Shown piece after piece: positions 47,493-58,443 of a stretch of DNA of 64,000 nt (its first letter is position 1; every line of letters starts with the position of its first letter). The stretch is from Candidatus Thorarchaeota archaeon. Its GTDB lineage: Archaea > Asgardarchaeota > Thorarchaeia > Thorarchaeales > Thorarchaeaceae. Both the position numbers and the translations under genes were made by a program. The DNA lies in contig JAFGAR010000081.1 of the NCBI GenBank assembly GCA_016933575.1, positions 1-64,000 on the forward strand, written 5' to 3'. Below the pieces are notes generated by a model, which saw nothing but the letters and a program-made list of their open reading frames with translations, searched no databases and had not been told where the DNA came from.

Positions 47493-48428
47493 ATGCAAAT
47501 TATGCTTTCGGATGCGGAACGCAATCTCCTTCAAGCTCTGGTACAAAATTCGAGATACACCCCTACCATTCTTGGACAGCTGTGTGGTAAAAGTCGTAAT
47601 TGGGTAGCTCGCACTATCAAAGGTCTGGTTAAGAATGGTGTAATTAGAAGCTATACAACCATCATTGACCCTGCTCAAGTGTTAGGAAGTCGAAGTACAG
47701 CTCTCTTCATGAAGAGTAATCCACGGGAACAAGATGTCAGTGCAAAAATAATGGAGATGAATGAGCTTGAGTCACTTGATGGAATTACAGGTGAATTTTC
47801 ACTACTTGGCTTTTTCAGACTTGATGGACAGAATGACTTCGAGGATTTGCTAGATAGAGTGGATCGAGTAGTTGCAAGCACTGGTTCTGGGAAGTATGAC
47901 TTAGTCCAGTTGTTAACGACTTACAAAAAGAACCGGTTCAAGATTTCATCTATGCATACTCCTGAATCATATCTCTCCAAGAAACAACTTGAACTTCTAA
48001 GAACTATGTATGTTCAAAAACCGACTCCAGAAAATCCCTATCCTTTGACTCAGGAGATGATCGGTGCGTTGATGGACCCTCCCTTAAGTCAGCCTGCCGT
48101 ATCAAAGGCAATTGAGAAGCTCGTTCTCAAACGTGCGATTATTGGTTATTCAACTGATATTGACCTTGCACTTATTGGATTACCCGTGAAATTTTTCGTC
48201 AGAATAAAGGTCACTCCTGGAACTGCCAGTGATATTGCTCAAAAGATGGTGGAGATGAATGAGGTTTGGGACCTATATCGCACGAGCGAAGACTATAGCC
48301 TCCTTGCTACTATACGAACAGATAGTGTTAGATCATGCAATCAAATGCTTCGGAAGCTATACGAACACGAGAGTGTTATCGATACCAAGTCTTACATATC
48401 CCTCGAGGAATGGTTCATTCCCCATTGA
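47493..48428 (+). CDS. Tandem (duplicated) Lrp/AsnC transcriptional regulator
   Basis: Two HTH+RAM units (GVIRSYTTIID...ITGEFS; AIIGYSTDID...RTSEDYS). Confidence 0.88.
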   Translation: MQIMLSDAERNLLQALVQNSRYTPTILGQLCGKSRNWVARTIKGLVKNGVIRSYTTIIDPAQVLGSRSTALFMKSNPREQDVSAKIMEMNELESLDGITGEFSLLGFFRLDGQNDFEDLLDRVDRVVASTGSGKYDLVQLLTTYKKNRFKISSMHTPESYLSKKQLELLRTMYVQKPTPENPYPLTQEMIGALMDPPLSQPAVSKAIEKLVLKRAIIGYSTDIDLALIGLPVKFFVRIKVTPGTASDIAQKMVEMNEVWDLYRTSEDYSLLATIRTDSVRSCNQMLRKLYEHESVIDTKSYISLEEWFIPH

Positions 48429-49017
48429 AAAGGGCTGCGGGTTCTGTTGGAGGATCTCCAACCCAGTGCCTGTACCATAGGTCTCCCTTGGAATACATTC
48501 TATATCCTATTCCTATCCATAGTACTATCATGGCAATATGGGTCAAAGTTCTAGCAATGAAAAATGCTGTTTGTATACTAAAGGCTGGCATAAACAAGAG
48601 AACTAAGGGACCAATCACATCAAACGGATTTACCCAAGGCCAGAGTATTGGATTATACCAATGCATTGGATAGTCAAGAACGAGATGGGACATCACTCCA
48701 ATAAAACAGGACGCAATAAACCAAGGGGTAATCCGACAGACCTCTGCTAAATCTTCCTTAGGAAGATTAAACGTACTTGAAATAATGACTGGATAGAGAA
48801 ACCGTGTGACAACAATTGCCAATAGCGTTCCAACCGTCATTGCTCCAATAAGGCTATGCAAGAAAAGATGGTCTGGAAGGTTGTTGAAGAAGACCCACAT
48901 TATTGGCACTTCAATATCCGGAATGACTGAACCAACAACCAACCCGGGTAGAGAGAATTTCCTGTTCGTCTTTGAGATCAAGTATGCAAAGGGATAATGA
49001 AGTGGCGTGATTGGCAT
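48415..49017 (-). CDS. DUF4184-like membrane metal-dependent hydrolase
   Basis: MPITPLH, GSVIPDIE, HSLIG, SHLVLD, PILWP. Confidence 0.85.
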   Translation of the reverse strand: MPITPLHYPFAYLISKTNRKFSLPGLVVGSVIPDIEVPIMWVFFNNLPDHLFLHSLIGAMTVGTLLAIVVTRFLYPVIISSTFNLPKEDLAEVCRITPWFIASCFIGVMSHLVLDYPMHWYNPILWPWVNPFDVIGPLVLLFMPAFSIQTAFFIARTLTHIAMIVLWIGIGYRMYSKGDLWYRHWVGDPPTEPAALFNGE

Positions 49018-49092
49018 TCTAGATCAACAACCATTTTGACTGAAATCCCGTGTAATAAGGTGTTTTTGAAATGCTAAGGATTGTACTCATAC

Positions 49093-50811
49093 CTATCTAT
49101 GCATCTCATATCTTCCATTGAGTGAATATACCTCTTGAATGACTGCTTCATACCTCTCTTTGTAAACATTAGGTTTCATTATCATACGCAGCAGGATTTC
49201 TTGTTGTTTTTCTGTAGTGCTCTGCTTTGAATGCATTTGGAGGGCATATCGTGAGAAATCTCGGACCATGAAGTCGAAGATTTGATCCAGCAAATGATCT
49301 TTTATCTTGTAGATCTTGGCATTTTCAATAATCAATTGTCCATAGACGACTAACGAGAATAGTTCACCCGCATTAAGTATGAAGTCTAGATCTTCACCCT
49401 GTTTCTCATCTGGTGTTGCTTCGGTCATGAACTCGTTAAAGACCTCAATCTGTCTCTTGAAGATGTTAACATTTGGAAGGTCGACCGAATCATAGATCGG
49501 CCGATAGTCATGAAATCGAATCTGACTCAATCCTTTGGTGATGCCTTGGTCGAAGAGAAATTCATCATCTTTTGCCTCACTAATAGTGCCTACAAGTGGA
49601 TACTCCTGTGGCATGAAGAAGTAGGCAGGCATGAACTTGATGATCTGTGCCATATTTACGTGAACAGTACCTTCCAATTTTGGTAGTGCACGGATGTCTC
49701 TTGCTGCCATGGAAAAGTATGTCTCTCCCTCAAAACCACGCGCGGCTATGATGTCCCAGAGAAGGTCTATCACTTTCTCGCCTTCACTGGTTACCTTCAT
49801 CTTCACTAGAGAGTTATAGAGAATATATCGTCGGTCCTCTGGTGAGGCTACCCTCATGTAGTCCCCTGCTCGTAATGCAAAGAGTTTCATGGCAACCAGA
49901 CGTGCATAAGCATCAGCAAAGAACTGCCTGATGTGTGAGAATTCTGTGACGAACTTACCGTAGAGATTCCGATTTGATGCATGATTGATAGACTCATAGA
50001 GGGCATGGGTACAAATTCCAATTGAAGCCCAGCCAAGGTTGAATTTTCCAACATTGACCGTATTCAATGTGCAATCCCATGCATCTCGACTCTTGGATAG
50101 GATGTCTGATTCTGCGATTGGGTAGTCATTCAATTTGTACTCTGCAACGTAAGACTGTACATTCACGACATTTCTTACGCACTCATAATTGGGATGTTGA
50201 GAGTCTGCAACGAAGAAGACGTAGTTGCCATAGTTTTTGTCCTCAGGGTCCGATGGTCTGTCTGTCTTCCCAAAGACTGAGACCATCCGTGCTACATTGC
50301 CATTTCCGATATAGTATTTCGAGCCATTTGCAATATAGCTCCCATCATCCAACACATTGAGTTTCATCTCTGATGAATACAGATCTGCTCCATGATTCTT
50401 TTCACTTAATCCAAATGCAAAGACTTCTCCATGTTTCAGATACTTTGCTGCCTTTTTCTTGGCTTCCTCATTCTTACTCATCCATATTGGCCCTAGTCCA
50501 AGAATAGTGACCTGCCAAGTATACCAGTAGTGGAGTCCATAGAATGCGAGAATCTCATTGAACTCCATGTTACGCCAGGTGTCCCATCTACACTCAGGCT
50601 CACCATATTTACTTGGAGTAAGCATCTTGTAGAATATCTCTTCTCCCTTTACGAAATCAAGAAAATCTTGATACCAGACTCTCTCGTGGTCATCGTTTTT
50701 GAGAGCGACTTTTCCCTTGTTTTCAAAGAACTCTATAGTCTTTCTCATTATTTCCTTAGAATCATTATCCGGATATGTTCGAGTTAGATTGTTTGGATCA
50801 AGAAGAATCAT
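49093..50811 (-). CDS. Acyl-CoA dehydrogenase (long FadE-like)
   Basis: FGLSEKNHGAD, NGSKYYIGNGN, LPKLEGTVHVN. Confidence 0.93.
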   Translation of the reverse strand: MILLDPNNLTRTYPDNDSKEIMRKTIEFFENKGKVALKNDDHERVWYQDFLDFVKGEEIFYKMLTPSKYGEPECRWDTWRNMEFNEILAFYGLHYWYTWQVTILGLGPIWMSKNEEAKKKAAKYLKHGEVFAFGLSEKNHGADLYSSEMKLNVLDDGSYIANGSKYYIGNGNVARMVSVFGKTDRPSDPEDKNYGNYVFFVADSQHPNYECVRNVVNVQSYVAEYKLNDYPIAESDILSKSRDAWDCTLNTVNVGKFNLGWASIGICTHALYESINHASNRNLYGKFVTEFSHIRQFFADAYARLVAMKLFALRAGDYMRVASPEDRRYILYNSLVKMKVTSEGEKVIDLLWDIIAARGFEGETYFSMAARDIRALPKLEGTVHVNMAQIIKFMPAYFFMPQEYPLVGTISEAKDDEFLFDQGITKGLSQIRFHDYRPIYDSVDLPNVNIFKRQIEVFNEFMTEATPDEKQGEDLDFILNAGELFSLVVYGQLIIENAKIYKIKDHLLDQIFDFMVRDFSRYALQMHSKQSTTEKQQEILLRMIMKPNVYKERYEAVIQEVYSLNGRYEMHR

Positions 50812-50927
50812 GGCTTTGTCTCCTAGAGATAATTATAGAAGTATTTGTCTGTAAAATGTGTTCTGGCATACTGCTACTACGATACTCTTAAAGAGAATGA
50901 ATAAATCTCTGAATTTTAGGTGCTAAT

Positions 50928-51455
50928 ATGGGACTTTACGAGTTCGATGGTAAGAAACCAAAGATAAATCCCGAAGCATATGTTTCTCCTCGTGCTTCTC
51001 TAATCGGGGATATTGAAATTGGAGCTGATTCTAGTATTTGGGAATTTGCTGTACTTCGAGCTGATATGAACTATATTCGAGTCGGTAAGGGAACTTCAAT
51101 CCAAGATAATGCCACTGTGCATACGACCTTTACGAATCCTACAATCATCGGTGACTATGTCACAGCAGGTCACAACTGTGTCATACACGCATGCGAGATT
51201 GGTGATAGAACTGTTGTTGGTATGGGTTCGATTGTCCTTGATGGAGCAAAGGTTGGGAATGATTGCGTGATTGGGGCTGGTTCAGTAGTCACAAACAATA
51301 CAGTAATCCCTGATGGAAGTCTAGTGCTTGGTATTCCTGGCAAGGTTGTTAAGGAAGTGCCTGAAGCTCAGCGTGAAGCCTTTCTTGCAGGAGCTCAACT
51401 CTATGTGGAACTTGGCAAGACCCACAAGAAATCTGCTTCTGGAAGGTCTGACTGA
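50928..51455 (+). CDS. Gamma carbonic anhydrase family (CaiE/PaaY-like) protein
   Basis: Hexapeptide repeats; IQDNATVH, GHNCVIH, GIPGKV. Confidence 0.93.
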   Translation: MGLYEFDGKKPKINPEAYVSPRASLIGDIEIGADSSIWEFAVLRADMNYIRVGKGTSIQDNATVHTTFTNPTIIGDYVTAGHNCVIHACEIGDRTVVGMGSIVLDGAKVGNDCVIGAGSVVTNNTVIPDGSLVLGIPGKVVKEVPEAQREAFLAGAQLYVELGKTHKKSASGRSD

Positions 51456-51479
51456 GGTATCTCTTCGATTCAATATAGA

Positions 51480-52031
51480 TTACCGAAGATCTGGTCCCTG
51501 AGTATCTCGACGGTATACCTTTGTTTCTTCTTCTTTCATCGAGTTACAACCTTTGAAAGCTGCGATGCATACTAGAGCTGGAATTGCAATGTACCATGGT
51601 ACAAAGAGTAGGAGGAGAATGACAATACAAATTAACAATCCATTTTCCGAGTTACCTGATTTTGCGGGAGTTTCGTAGACAAGAACACTCTCGCCAACTG
51701 TGTCAATGAGTTTCCCACAATTTTGGCAATGTACGCGACCGTCCTCCCCCCTCTGATTATCCTTGTAGATGTATTGTGCCATGCAATGTGGACATTTCAC
51801 TTTGACTCCTTCAGATGTTGGAACGAACACTTCTCTTGAGGGTACAATAGCATCTGGTTGATCTGTCCTGGCAGTAGTATATCCTTGCACACCAAAATCC
51901 GTGGAGATCTGCATTGCACAGTTTTGGCATTCTACACCCCCATAATCATTAATCTTCTCTGTAGAGTACCAATAGGTTGCTCCACAAGATGGACATTTTA
52001 TACGATATCCATCCAGATTCTCAGAAGACAC
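51480..52031 (-). CDS. Double zinc-ribbon membrane protein
   Basis: CPSC...CQNC and CPHC...CQNC followed by a hydrophobic hairpin. Confidence 0.8.
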   Translation of the reverse strand: MSSENLDGYRIKCPSCGATYWYSTEKINDYGGVECQNCAMQISTDFGVQGYTTARTDQPDAIVPSREVFVPTSEGVKVKCPHCMAQYIYKDNQRGEDGRVHCQNCGKLIDTVGESVLVYETPAKSGNSENGLLICIVILLLLFVPWYIAIPALVCIAAFKGCNSMKEEETKVYRRDTQGPDLR

Positions 52032-52073
52032 ATTTCATCTCTCATACACAATCTAATCATAATTTATCTATTT

Positions 52074-52706
52074 CTATTCAAAGACCTTCAGAAGGCTGTA
52101 CCCCTGAAATGCTGACCAGAGAATCAGAGCATAGACCGATAGTTTCTGCCATAAGGCTGTTCCAAACATAGTAAATGCTGGACTGAAGAATGCTCCAATA
52201 TGGAGGAAACACACAATGACAACAATGAATCCAATCAACGCATAGACATTCTGGTAATTGTTATTGAGGAGTATAGCTATTGAATAAATGAGGATTCCAA
52301 GAGTTATGAGTAAAAAGAAGAGCATCGTTGTCAATCCATGTTGAGCAGGATAGACGTCTGCAGCAAACAGAGCCAGTGCCGAAAGGTTGGGTGCAGCCGC
52401 AACACCTAGGATAGTACCTATCCAGCTGAGGCCCTTCAATAGCATAGTTTCAGTAAATACTGTCCGCATTGCAAACAGGAATGGTATGAGGCAGACTGCC
52501 GCACTTGTGCAGGCAATCGAGAAGAGTGCGTAGTTCAACATGGAAGGGATACTATTTGTCACAGTAAGTCCGAGTTCACTGAAGTAGTTATCCAAGAATG
52601 AATATCCGCCAGGATATGTCAACATCGCAATGAACGTGACAATGATGAATATCAGACCACCAATTATTCCCAAATATGCGCTAAGTCTTTTCCAAGATAA
52701 TTTCAT
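52074..52706 (-). CDS. DUF998-like multi-TM membrane protein
   Basis: YPGGYSFLDNYFSELG, conserved His, WQKL. Confidence 0.8.
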   Translation of the reverse strand: MKLSWKRLSAYLGIIGGLIFIIVTFIAMLTYPGGYSFLDNYFSELGLTVTNSIPSMLNYALFSIACTSAAVCLIPFLFAMRTVFTETMLLKGLSWIGTILGVAAAPNLSALALFAADVYPAQHGLTTMLFFLLITLGILIYSIAILLNNNYQNVYALIGFIVVIVCFLHIGAFFSPAFTMFGTALWQKLSVYALILWSAFQGYSLLKVFE

Positions 52707-52887
52707 CTCAATAATCTCTCCCTAAACTGAGTGTAGTGATAGTCCAAATACAATACCACAACTCACTAATAAATCAGAGGTCCTTAGTTATCGGTGTAAT
52801 CAAAGAAGAGCATGTGAAATAGGAAGTAGTTGTGCTCGGTTTGTAAGAGTGGATTATAAACCTCAAAATACTGGTGACTGTCTACTA

Positions 52888-54636
52888 TTATTGTCCTCTT
52901 TTTCTCATTTCTTCTTCCCGAAGTTCTCTTCTGAGGACTTTTCCGACATTGCTCATTGGTAGATTCTCTACAATCTGAACTTCCTTTGGACGTTTGTACC
53001 CGGCCATCTTATCCCGAGCCCACTCGATGAATTCCTCAGGTGTAGCAGTTTCACCATCTTTAAGCATAATGTATGCCTTCACAAACTCATTGCTTGGGTC
53101 CTCATCTCTTGGAATGCCAACAGCTGCAGCCATCTTCACCTTGGGATGAGTAAATAGAATGTCCTCAATCTCTCGTGGATATGCCTTCATTCCCCCAACA
53201 TTGATCATCTGTTTCTTTCTATCACTAATGTAAGTATAACCACTCTCATCAATGTATCCGATATCTCCAGTAAGGAAGAATTGTTTTCCGTTGAACTCCC
53301 GCATCACATTTTCTGTTTCCTCGGGCTTCTTCCAATACCCCCTGAAGACCTGAGGTCCATGAACTGCTATCTCTCCAATCTCACCAAGTGGTAACTCTTT
53401 GGTTCCTGTTTCCATATCCACAATTTTGCAAATCGTATCAGAGATTGGGATTCCTATCGAACCAAACTTACGGTACTTTCTATTAGTCGGATTGATGTGA
53501 GTAACAGGTGAGGTTTCCGTGAGTCCGTATCCCTCAAAAAGAAGAGTCCCGGTCACGGCTTCAAATGCCTTGGCAACTTCTGGTGGAAGTGGCGCAGCAC
53601 CTGAGCTACAGATACTCACTGATGATAGGTCATACTTGCTTACGTTTGGATGGTTGGCAATTGCAGCATAGAGTGCTGGTACACAGTTCAGGACAGTCCC
53701 TTTGTTCCTTGACAGTTCACGCAGCAAATCCGAGAGTGGTGGTTTTCCAGATCTTGGGTCGGGAATGCAGATAAGTTTCCCAGCAAACCATGTAGCCATC
53801 AACATTGTGAGAGTAAGACCATACGAGTGATACCAAGGTACAGCTCCAACAAAGACCTCTTCACCATAACGAACTCCACCGTACCTTTCTACATCTTCTT
53901 CTTCTAGATAGACCCACTCTGCTATCTGTAGAACGTTGGATGATAGATTGTAATGCGTGAGTTCAGCTCCCTTTGGAGTTCCCGTTGTACCACCAGTATA
54001 AATCAAGACTGCAGTATCCATCGGGTCGATATTGACTTGAGGAGCAAGTGGTTCATACTCTTTCAAGACATCATCATAGAAAGTGGTTCTGTCCTCTCTG
54101 TAATAGGGGCTCTTTGGAATCTTACCCAGAATGCCGCCAATCACTGCCTTTGCCTTTGATAGAAATGGTTTCACACTACAAATAACAACTGTATGAACAT
54201 TCGTACCTTCAATGGCTTCATAGCAGGTTGGTGTGAAGGTCGGATGGTCTAAAGCAAAGACAATCAGAGCTCCCGTATCCTTGAGTTGATAGTTCAATTC
54301 ACCAGCCTTGTACAATGGATTGCAGGTCACAACCATGGCACCAGCCTTGAGTGCTCCATAGAATATCTCAGGGAAATGTGGTACGTTTGGAAGAAAGATA
54401 GCTACTTTGTCCCCTTTTTTGATACCTTTACTAACAAGGAAATTTGCTACACGGTTAACACGATTACCAACTTCTGCAAATGTTAATGTTCTATCCATGA
54501 ACACAGTGAATGGCTGGTCTCCAGCTCTCTCAACTGCTCTATCTAACATTGTAAACAGGGCTTCCCTTGGATAGTCAAGGTTCTTCTTTGTGCGTTCTGG
54601 CCATGCTGGTCCTGATTGCCAATATGCTTCATCCAT
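52888..54636 (-). CDS. Long-chain acyl-CoA synthetase (AMP-forming)
   Basis: YTGGTTGTPKG, EGYGLTETSP, TGDIG, DRKK, VGKVLRR. Confidence 0.95.
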   Translation of the reverse strand: MDEAYWQSGPAWPERTKKNLDYPREALFTMLDRAVERAGDQPFTVFMDRTLTFAEVGNRVNRVANFLVSKGIKKGDKVAIFLPNVPHFPEIFYGALKAGAMVVTCNPLYKAGELNYQLKDTGALIVFALDHPTFTPTCYEAIEGTNVHTVVICSVKPFLSKAKAVIGGILGKIPKSPYYREDRTTFYDDVLKEYEPLAPQVNIDPMDTAVLIYTGGTTGTPKGAELTHYNLSSNVLQIAEWVYLEEEDVERYGGVRYGEEVFVGAVPWYHSYGLTLTMLMATWFAGKLICIPDPRSGKPPLSDLLRELSRNKGTVLNCVPALYAAIANHPNVSKYDLSSVSICSSGAAPLPPEVAKAFEAVTGTLLFEGYGLTETSPVTHINPTNRKYRKFGSIGIPISDTICKIVDMETGTKELPLGEIGEIAVHGPQVFRGYWKKPEETENVMREFNGKQFFLTGDIGYIDESGYTYISDRKKQMINVGGMKAYPREIEDILFTHPKVKMAAAVGIPRDEDPSNEFVKAYIMLKDGETATPEEFIEWARDKMAGYKRPKEVQIVENLPMSNVGKVLRRELREEEMRKRGQ

Positions 54637-54790
54637 TATCCTTCAACTCCTCTATGGTGCTTGCAGATTCATCTGTATAATTTCTATTCCTCTACTATTG
54701 CTATAGTTTCAGATATTCTTTGAGGTTTTCAGCAAAAGACGTTGAACCAAAGAAATTTAGCACTTGAAGAAGATTGCATTTTGAAAATCC

Positions 54791-55276
54791 ATGCTTGAAG
54801 GAGATTACGAGGGCAATCTTAAGCAATACGAGAGTAATAATGGAGAGTTACTCATTAGACTTGTCAACCTTTGTCGAGTGCTCTTCTATTTCACTGCTGC
54901 TTGGGTGCAGTATGACCCACTCATAGATTGCATTATTTTGACTGGTAACTGTGATGTAATGCTTGTTTTAGTCCCACTCTTCTTAGGGATATTGGATTTT
55001 GCAATGATAGTTTGGAGCCGAAAGGCTTCAACAAAATTCTGGAATATTGCTCTAATTATCCCAATCATCTCAATCGCGGTGGCAATAAATACCATCAGTC
55101 CACTTGTATTCCTGTTATCACGGACTATTCCTGAAACAATTATGCTCAGTCTGAGTATAGCTGTCCTTCTGGTATCAATAATTGAGTTCCACGGGCTGCG
55201 TCAAATGATACACTATTGGACAACGAAGCCAGCTCCAACAGAATCTATAGATGAAGTTAGAACCTATGAGATCTGA
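54791..55276 (+). CDS. Hypothetical multi-TM protein
   Basis: Three to four hydrophobic helices; start uncertain. Confidence 0.6.
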   Translation: MLEGDYEGNLKQYESNNGELLIRLVNLCRVLFYFTAAWVQYDPLIDCIILTGNCDVMLVLVPLFLGILDFAMIVWSRKASTKFWNIALIIPIISIAVAINTISPLVFLLSRTIPETIMLSLSIAVLLVSIIEFHGLRQMIHYWTTKPAPTESIDEVRTYEI

Positions 55277-55327
55277 AAATGATTTGGAGAAGTCTTTTGT
55301 ACTAGTGACAATCTCTCAAGGACTCGA

Positions 55328-56416
55328 GTGGAGATGAATTCTACAGAACATAGACGGAAAGGCTCAAAGGTTAGAGCATGGTTGCAAGAAGTCAAGCTGG
55401 GCATTCTCCCAGCTTCAACAGTCCCTATCTTTGTGGGGACTGCAGTGGCTTTTGGTCTGTATGGTGTTTTCTATCTGGATCTTTTCATGCTTACGCTTCT
55501 TGCGGGTATCTTCCTTCATTGGGGTGCTGATGTAGCCAATGACTATTTTGATCATACTGAGGAAGGAACTGGTAGTGATGATATCAATATCGAGTTCATA
55601 CGTCCCTATAGTGGCGGCAGTAGAACTATCCAACAAGGACTTCTAACACCTCGAGAGGTCGCAATCGGTGCTGTTATGTGTTATATCATCGCTGGAATCA
55701 TAGGAATCTATCTCGTGCTCCGGCTCGGTTGGGTCATTCTAGCTTTTGGTCTTGTCGGTGCATTCTTTGGGTTATTCTACTCAACCCCTCCAATTAGGTT
55801 AGTGAAGCGAGGAATTGGTGAACTTGTGATTGGTGTTGTCTTTGGAGTGTTAATGGTGGTAGGAGCTTTTTATGTACAAGTACAAATCCCCATTACACTT
55901 GCATGGCCTCTAGTAATTCCCTTTGACGAATTCTTAGAGCCTGGTTTCATGTCAATTCCTGTATCAATTCTTATTGCTTTAGTACTCTACATTAACGAGT
56001 TTCCTGACTATGTTGCAGATCGAGACGCGAATAAGCGAACCTTCGTTGTTCGACTTGGACGAAAGAATGCAGCAATCGGGTATACGTTCCTTATGATTGC
56101 TGTTTATGCAGGAATTGTAGTAATGGTTCTTCTCAATCTGATTCGTTTCGAGGCATTATTAGCCTTAGCGACACTGCCCCTTGGTGTCCTTGGAATTGTG
56201 ACGACCCTGAAACATTATGATGAGAGTGCTAAACTTGCACCTGCCAACTGGGCAACAATTGTTGGACATCTCTTTACAGGTCTCTTTCTAACCCTTGGAT
56301 ACTTCCTCTATGGACTCACCTTGTTATGGGAATTCACTCTGGCTATTGGAATTGCTCTATTTATTTTCATTACTCTCTTGGCAGCTAAGCTTGGGCGGTC
56401 TTCTAGCGATGCTTAG
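55328..56416 (+). CDS. menA: 1,4-dihydroxy-2-naphthoate prenyltransferase (MenA/UBIAD1, UbiA family)
   Basis: ANDYFD, YSGGSR, YSTPP, GIGE, INEFPDYVAD, KRT. Confidence 0.88.
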   Translation: MEMNSTEHRRKGSKVRAWLQEVKLGILPASTVPIFVGTAVAFGLYGVFYLDLFMLTLLAGIFLHWGADVANDYFDHTEEGTGSDDINIEFIRPYSGGSRTIQQGLLTPREVAIGAVMCYIIAGIIGIYLVLRLGWVILAFGLVGAFFGLFYSTPPIRLVKRGIGELVIGVVFGVLMVVGAFYVQVQIPITLAWPLVIPFDEFLEPGFMSIPVSILIALVLYINEFPDYVADRDANKRTFVVRLGRKNAAIGYTFLMIAVYAGIVVMVLLNLIRFEALLALATLPLGVLGIVTTLKHYDESAKLAPANWATIVGHLFTGLFLTLGYFLYGLTLLWEFTLAIGIALFIFITLLAAKLGRSSSDA

Positions 56417-56455
56417 ATAATATGCTAAATGTGACAATAATGACGAATATCCATG

Positions 56456-56488
56456 AAAAAAAGGTATGGCGGGAGCAATATCTCCCGC
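56456..56488 (-). terminator. Terminator after the second acyl-CoA ligase
   Basis: GCGGGAG-N6-CTCCCGC stem with a T7 tract on the minus strand. Confidence 0.7.
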
Positions 56489-56498
56489 TATTCATTAC

Positions 56499-58250
56499 TT
56501 ATGCTAGTCCTCTCTTCTTTAATTCCTTTGCTCGAAGTTCTCTTCTTAGGACTTTACCTGCAGTGCTCACTGGAAGATGGTCCACAATCTCAACTTCACG
56601 AGGTCTCTTGTAGCCAGCTAATTTTTCCTTAGCCCAAGCTACAATCTCCTCAGGAGTTGCTGATTGTCCCTCTTTCAATACAACAAAAGCTTTAACAAAT
56701 TCGTTACCTGTATCATCCTCTTTTGGTACACCAATGGCAGCTGCCATCGCAATAGCTGGATGTTCATAGAGGGTATCTTCTATCTCTCTTGGATATGCTT
56801 TGAGACCACCAACATTGACCATGTCTTTCTTTCTATCTGAAATGACAAAGAAACCATCCTCGTCAATATGACCTATGTCCCCGGTCAAGAAATACTTCTT
56901 GCCCTTTATTTCACGGAACACTGAAGCGGTTTCTTCTGGCTTGTTCCAGTATCCCCTAAAGACTTGTGGTCCATGTACTGCAATCTCGCCGGTTTCACCT
57001 TGAGCTAACACTTTATCGCCAGTTTCCATATCTAGAATGACTGAGTGGGTATCTGGAATTGGGACACCGATAGCACCAAATTTGCGAAGATTTGTCAGAG
57101 ATGGGTTTGCGTGAGTCATCGGTGAGGTTTCTGTTAATCCATATCCCTCAAAGACAATAGCACCTGTTGCAGCTTCAAAGTTCTTTGCCAGTTCTGGCGG
57201 GAGCGGTGCTGCTCCTGATCCACATGCTTTGATGGATGACAGGTCATACTTTGCAACATTTGGATGATTCACCATTCCAGCATATAACGCTGGTACGCAA
57301 TGCATTACTGTTCCCTTATACTTCTGAATATCTGCGAGCAGCTCTGATAACGGTGGTTTTCCTGCTCGTGGGTCAGGTATACAAATTACTGCACTTCCCA
57401 TCAAATAGGAAGCAACCATAGTAAGTGTTAGTCCATAGCTGTGATACCATGGAAGTGCACCTACATAGATATCTTCACCGCGCTTCAATTTCTCTGGTGT
57501 TCCACCGCCAGGAGGCTCCAATTGAATCCACTCGTCAATCTGCATCACATTCGCATACAGATTGCGATGAGTCAACATTGCTCCTTTCGGAGTTCCAGTG
57601 GTACCGCCAGTATACAGAATCAGTGCTAGATCTTCCTTTGCATTAATCTTAACATCTGGGGCCTTTGGTTCAAACTCAGTTACGATATTATCATAGAAGA
57701 ATGTCTTATCTTCTTCGTAATAGGGGCTCTTGGGTATCTTACCTAACAGGCCTCCAAGAGTTGCCTTTGCTTTTGGAAGAAAGCTCTTCACGCTACATAC
57801 AATAATCGTTTCAACATCTGTACCTTTTGCTGCTTCATAGGTAGTTGGTGTGAATCTCTTATCGTCCATGCAGAAAACGGCTTTCACCCCTGCATCTTTG
57901 AGTTGAAAATTGAGTTCTCCTGTGGTGTATGATGGATTACAAGTAACTGCGATTGCTCCTGTCTTCAGAATTCCAAAGAAAATTGGTGGATACTGAGGAA
58001 GGTTTGGTAAGAATATTGCTACGCGGTCACCTTTCTTTATTCCCCTACTGACTAAGAAATTAGCTATCCTGTCAGCATGGTCTCTTACCTTCGCAAAAGA
58101 TCTAGATACTCCTGCCCAGATAGTTGACGGATTATCTGGATGTTTCTCAGCGACATGATCAAGCAGCTTGAAAAGCGGCTCATCAGGGTAATCTAGAGTC
58201 TTTTTGACTGTCGGAGGCCAACGTTTGGTATGCCATAATTGGTCTTCCAT
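56499..58250 (-). CDS. Long-chain acyl-CoA synthetase (paralog)
   Basis: YTGGTTGTPKG, EGYGLTETSP, TGDIG; closely similar to 52888-54636. Confidence 0.95.
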   Translation of the reverse strand: MEDQLWHTKRWPPTVKKTLDYPDEPLFKLLDHVAEKHPDNPSTIWAGVSRSFAKVRDHADRIANFLVSRGIKKGDRVAIFLPNLPQYPPIFFGILKTGAIAVTCNPSYTTGELNFQLKDAGVKAVFCMDDKRFTPTTYEAAKGTDVETIIVCSVKSFLPKAKATLGGLLGKIPKSPYYEEDKTFFYDNIVTEFEPKAPDVKINAKEDLALILYTGGTTGTPKGAMLTHRNLYANVMQIDEWIQLEPPGGGTPEKLKRGEDIYVGALPWYHSYGLTLTMVASYLMGSAVICIPDPRAGKPPLSELLADIQKYKGTVMHCVPALYAGMVNHPNVAKYDLSSIKACGSGAAPLPPELAKNFEAATGAIVFEGYGLTETSPMTHANPSLTNLRKFGAIGVPIPDTHSVILDMETGDKVLAQGETGEIAVHGPQVFRGYWNKPEETASVFREIKGKKYFLTGDIGHIDEDGFFVISDRKKDMVNVGGLKAYPREIEDTLYEHPAIAMAAAIGVPKEDDTGNEFVKAFVVLKEGQSATPEEIVAWAKEKLAGYKRPREVEIVDHLPVSTAGKVLRRELRAKELKKRGLA

Positions 58251-58443
58251 ATTGTGTTCCTCTCCTTCTGATAACTTGGCTCTTCATCACTAGCCAAATT
58301 CATTCAAAGTATAGCTACTCAACATAGCTTTCGTTGCTCATATTTCCTTCTACTCGTTATTAATCAACCTTCTAGCGGAACAAATAAGATGTAGCAGGAT
58401 AGATATTCACCATTATCTCTCTAAAATTCTCGAGGAATCTACG

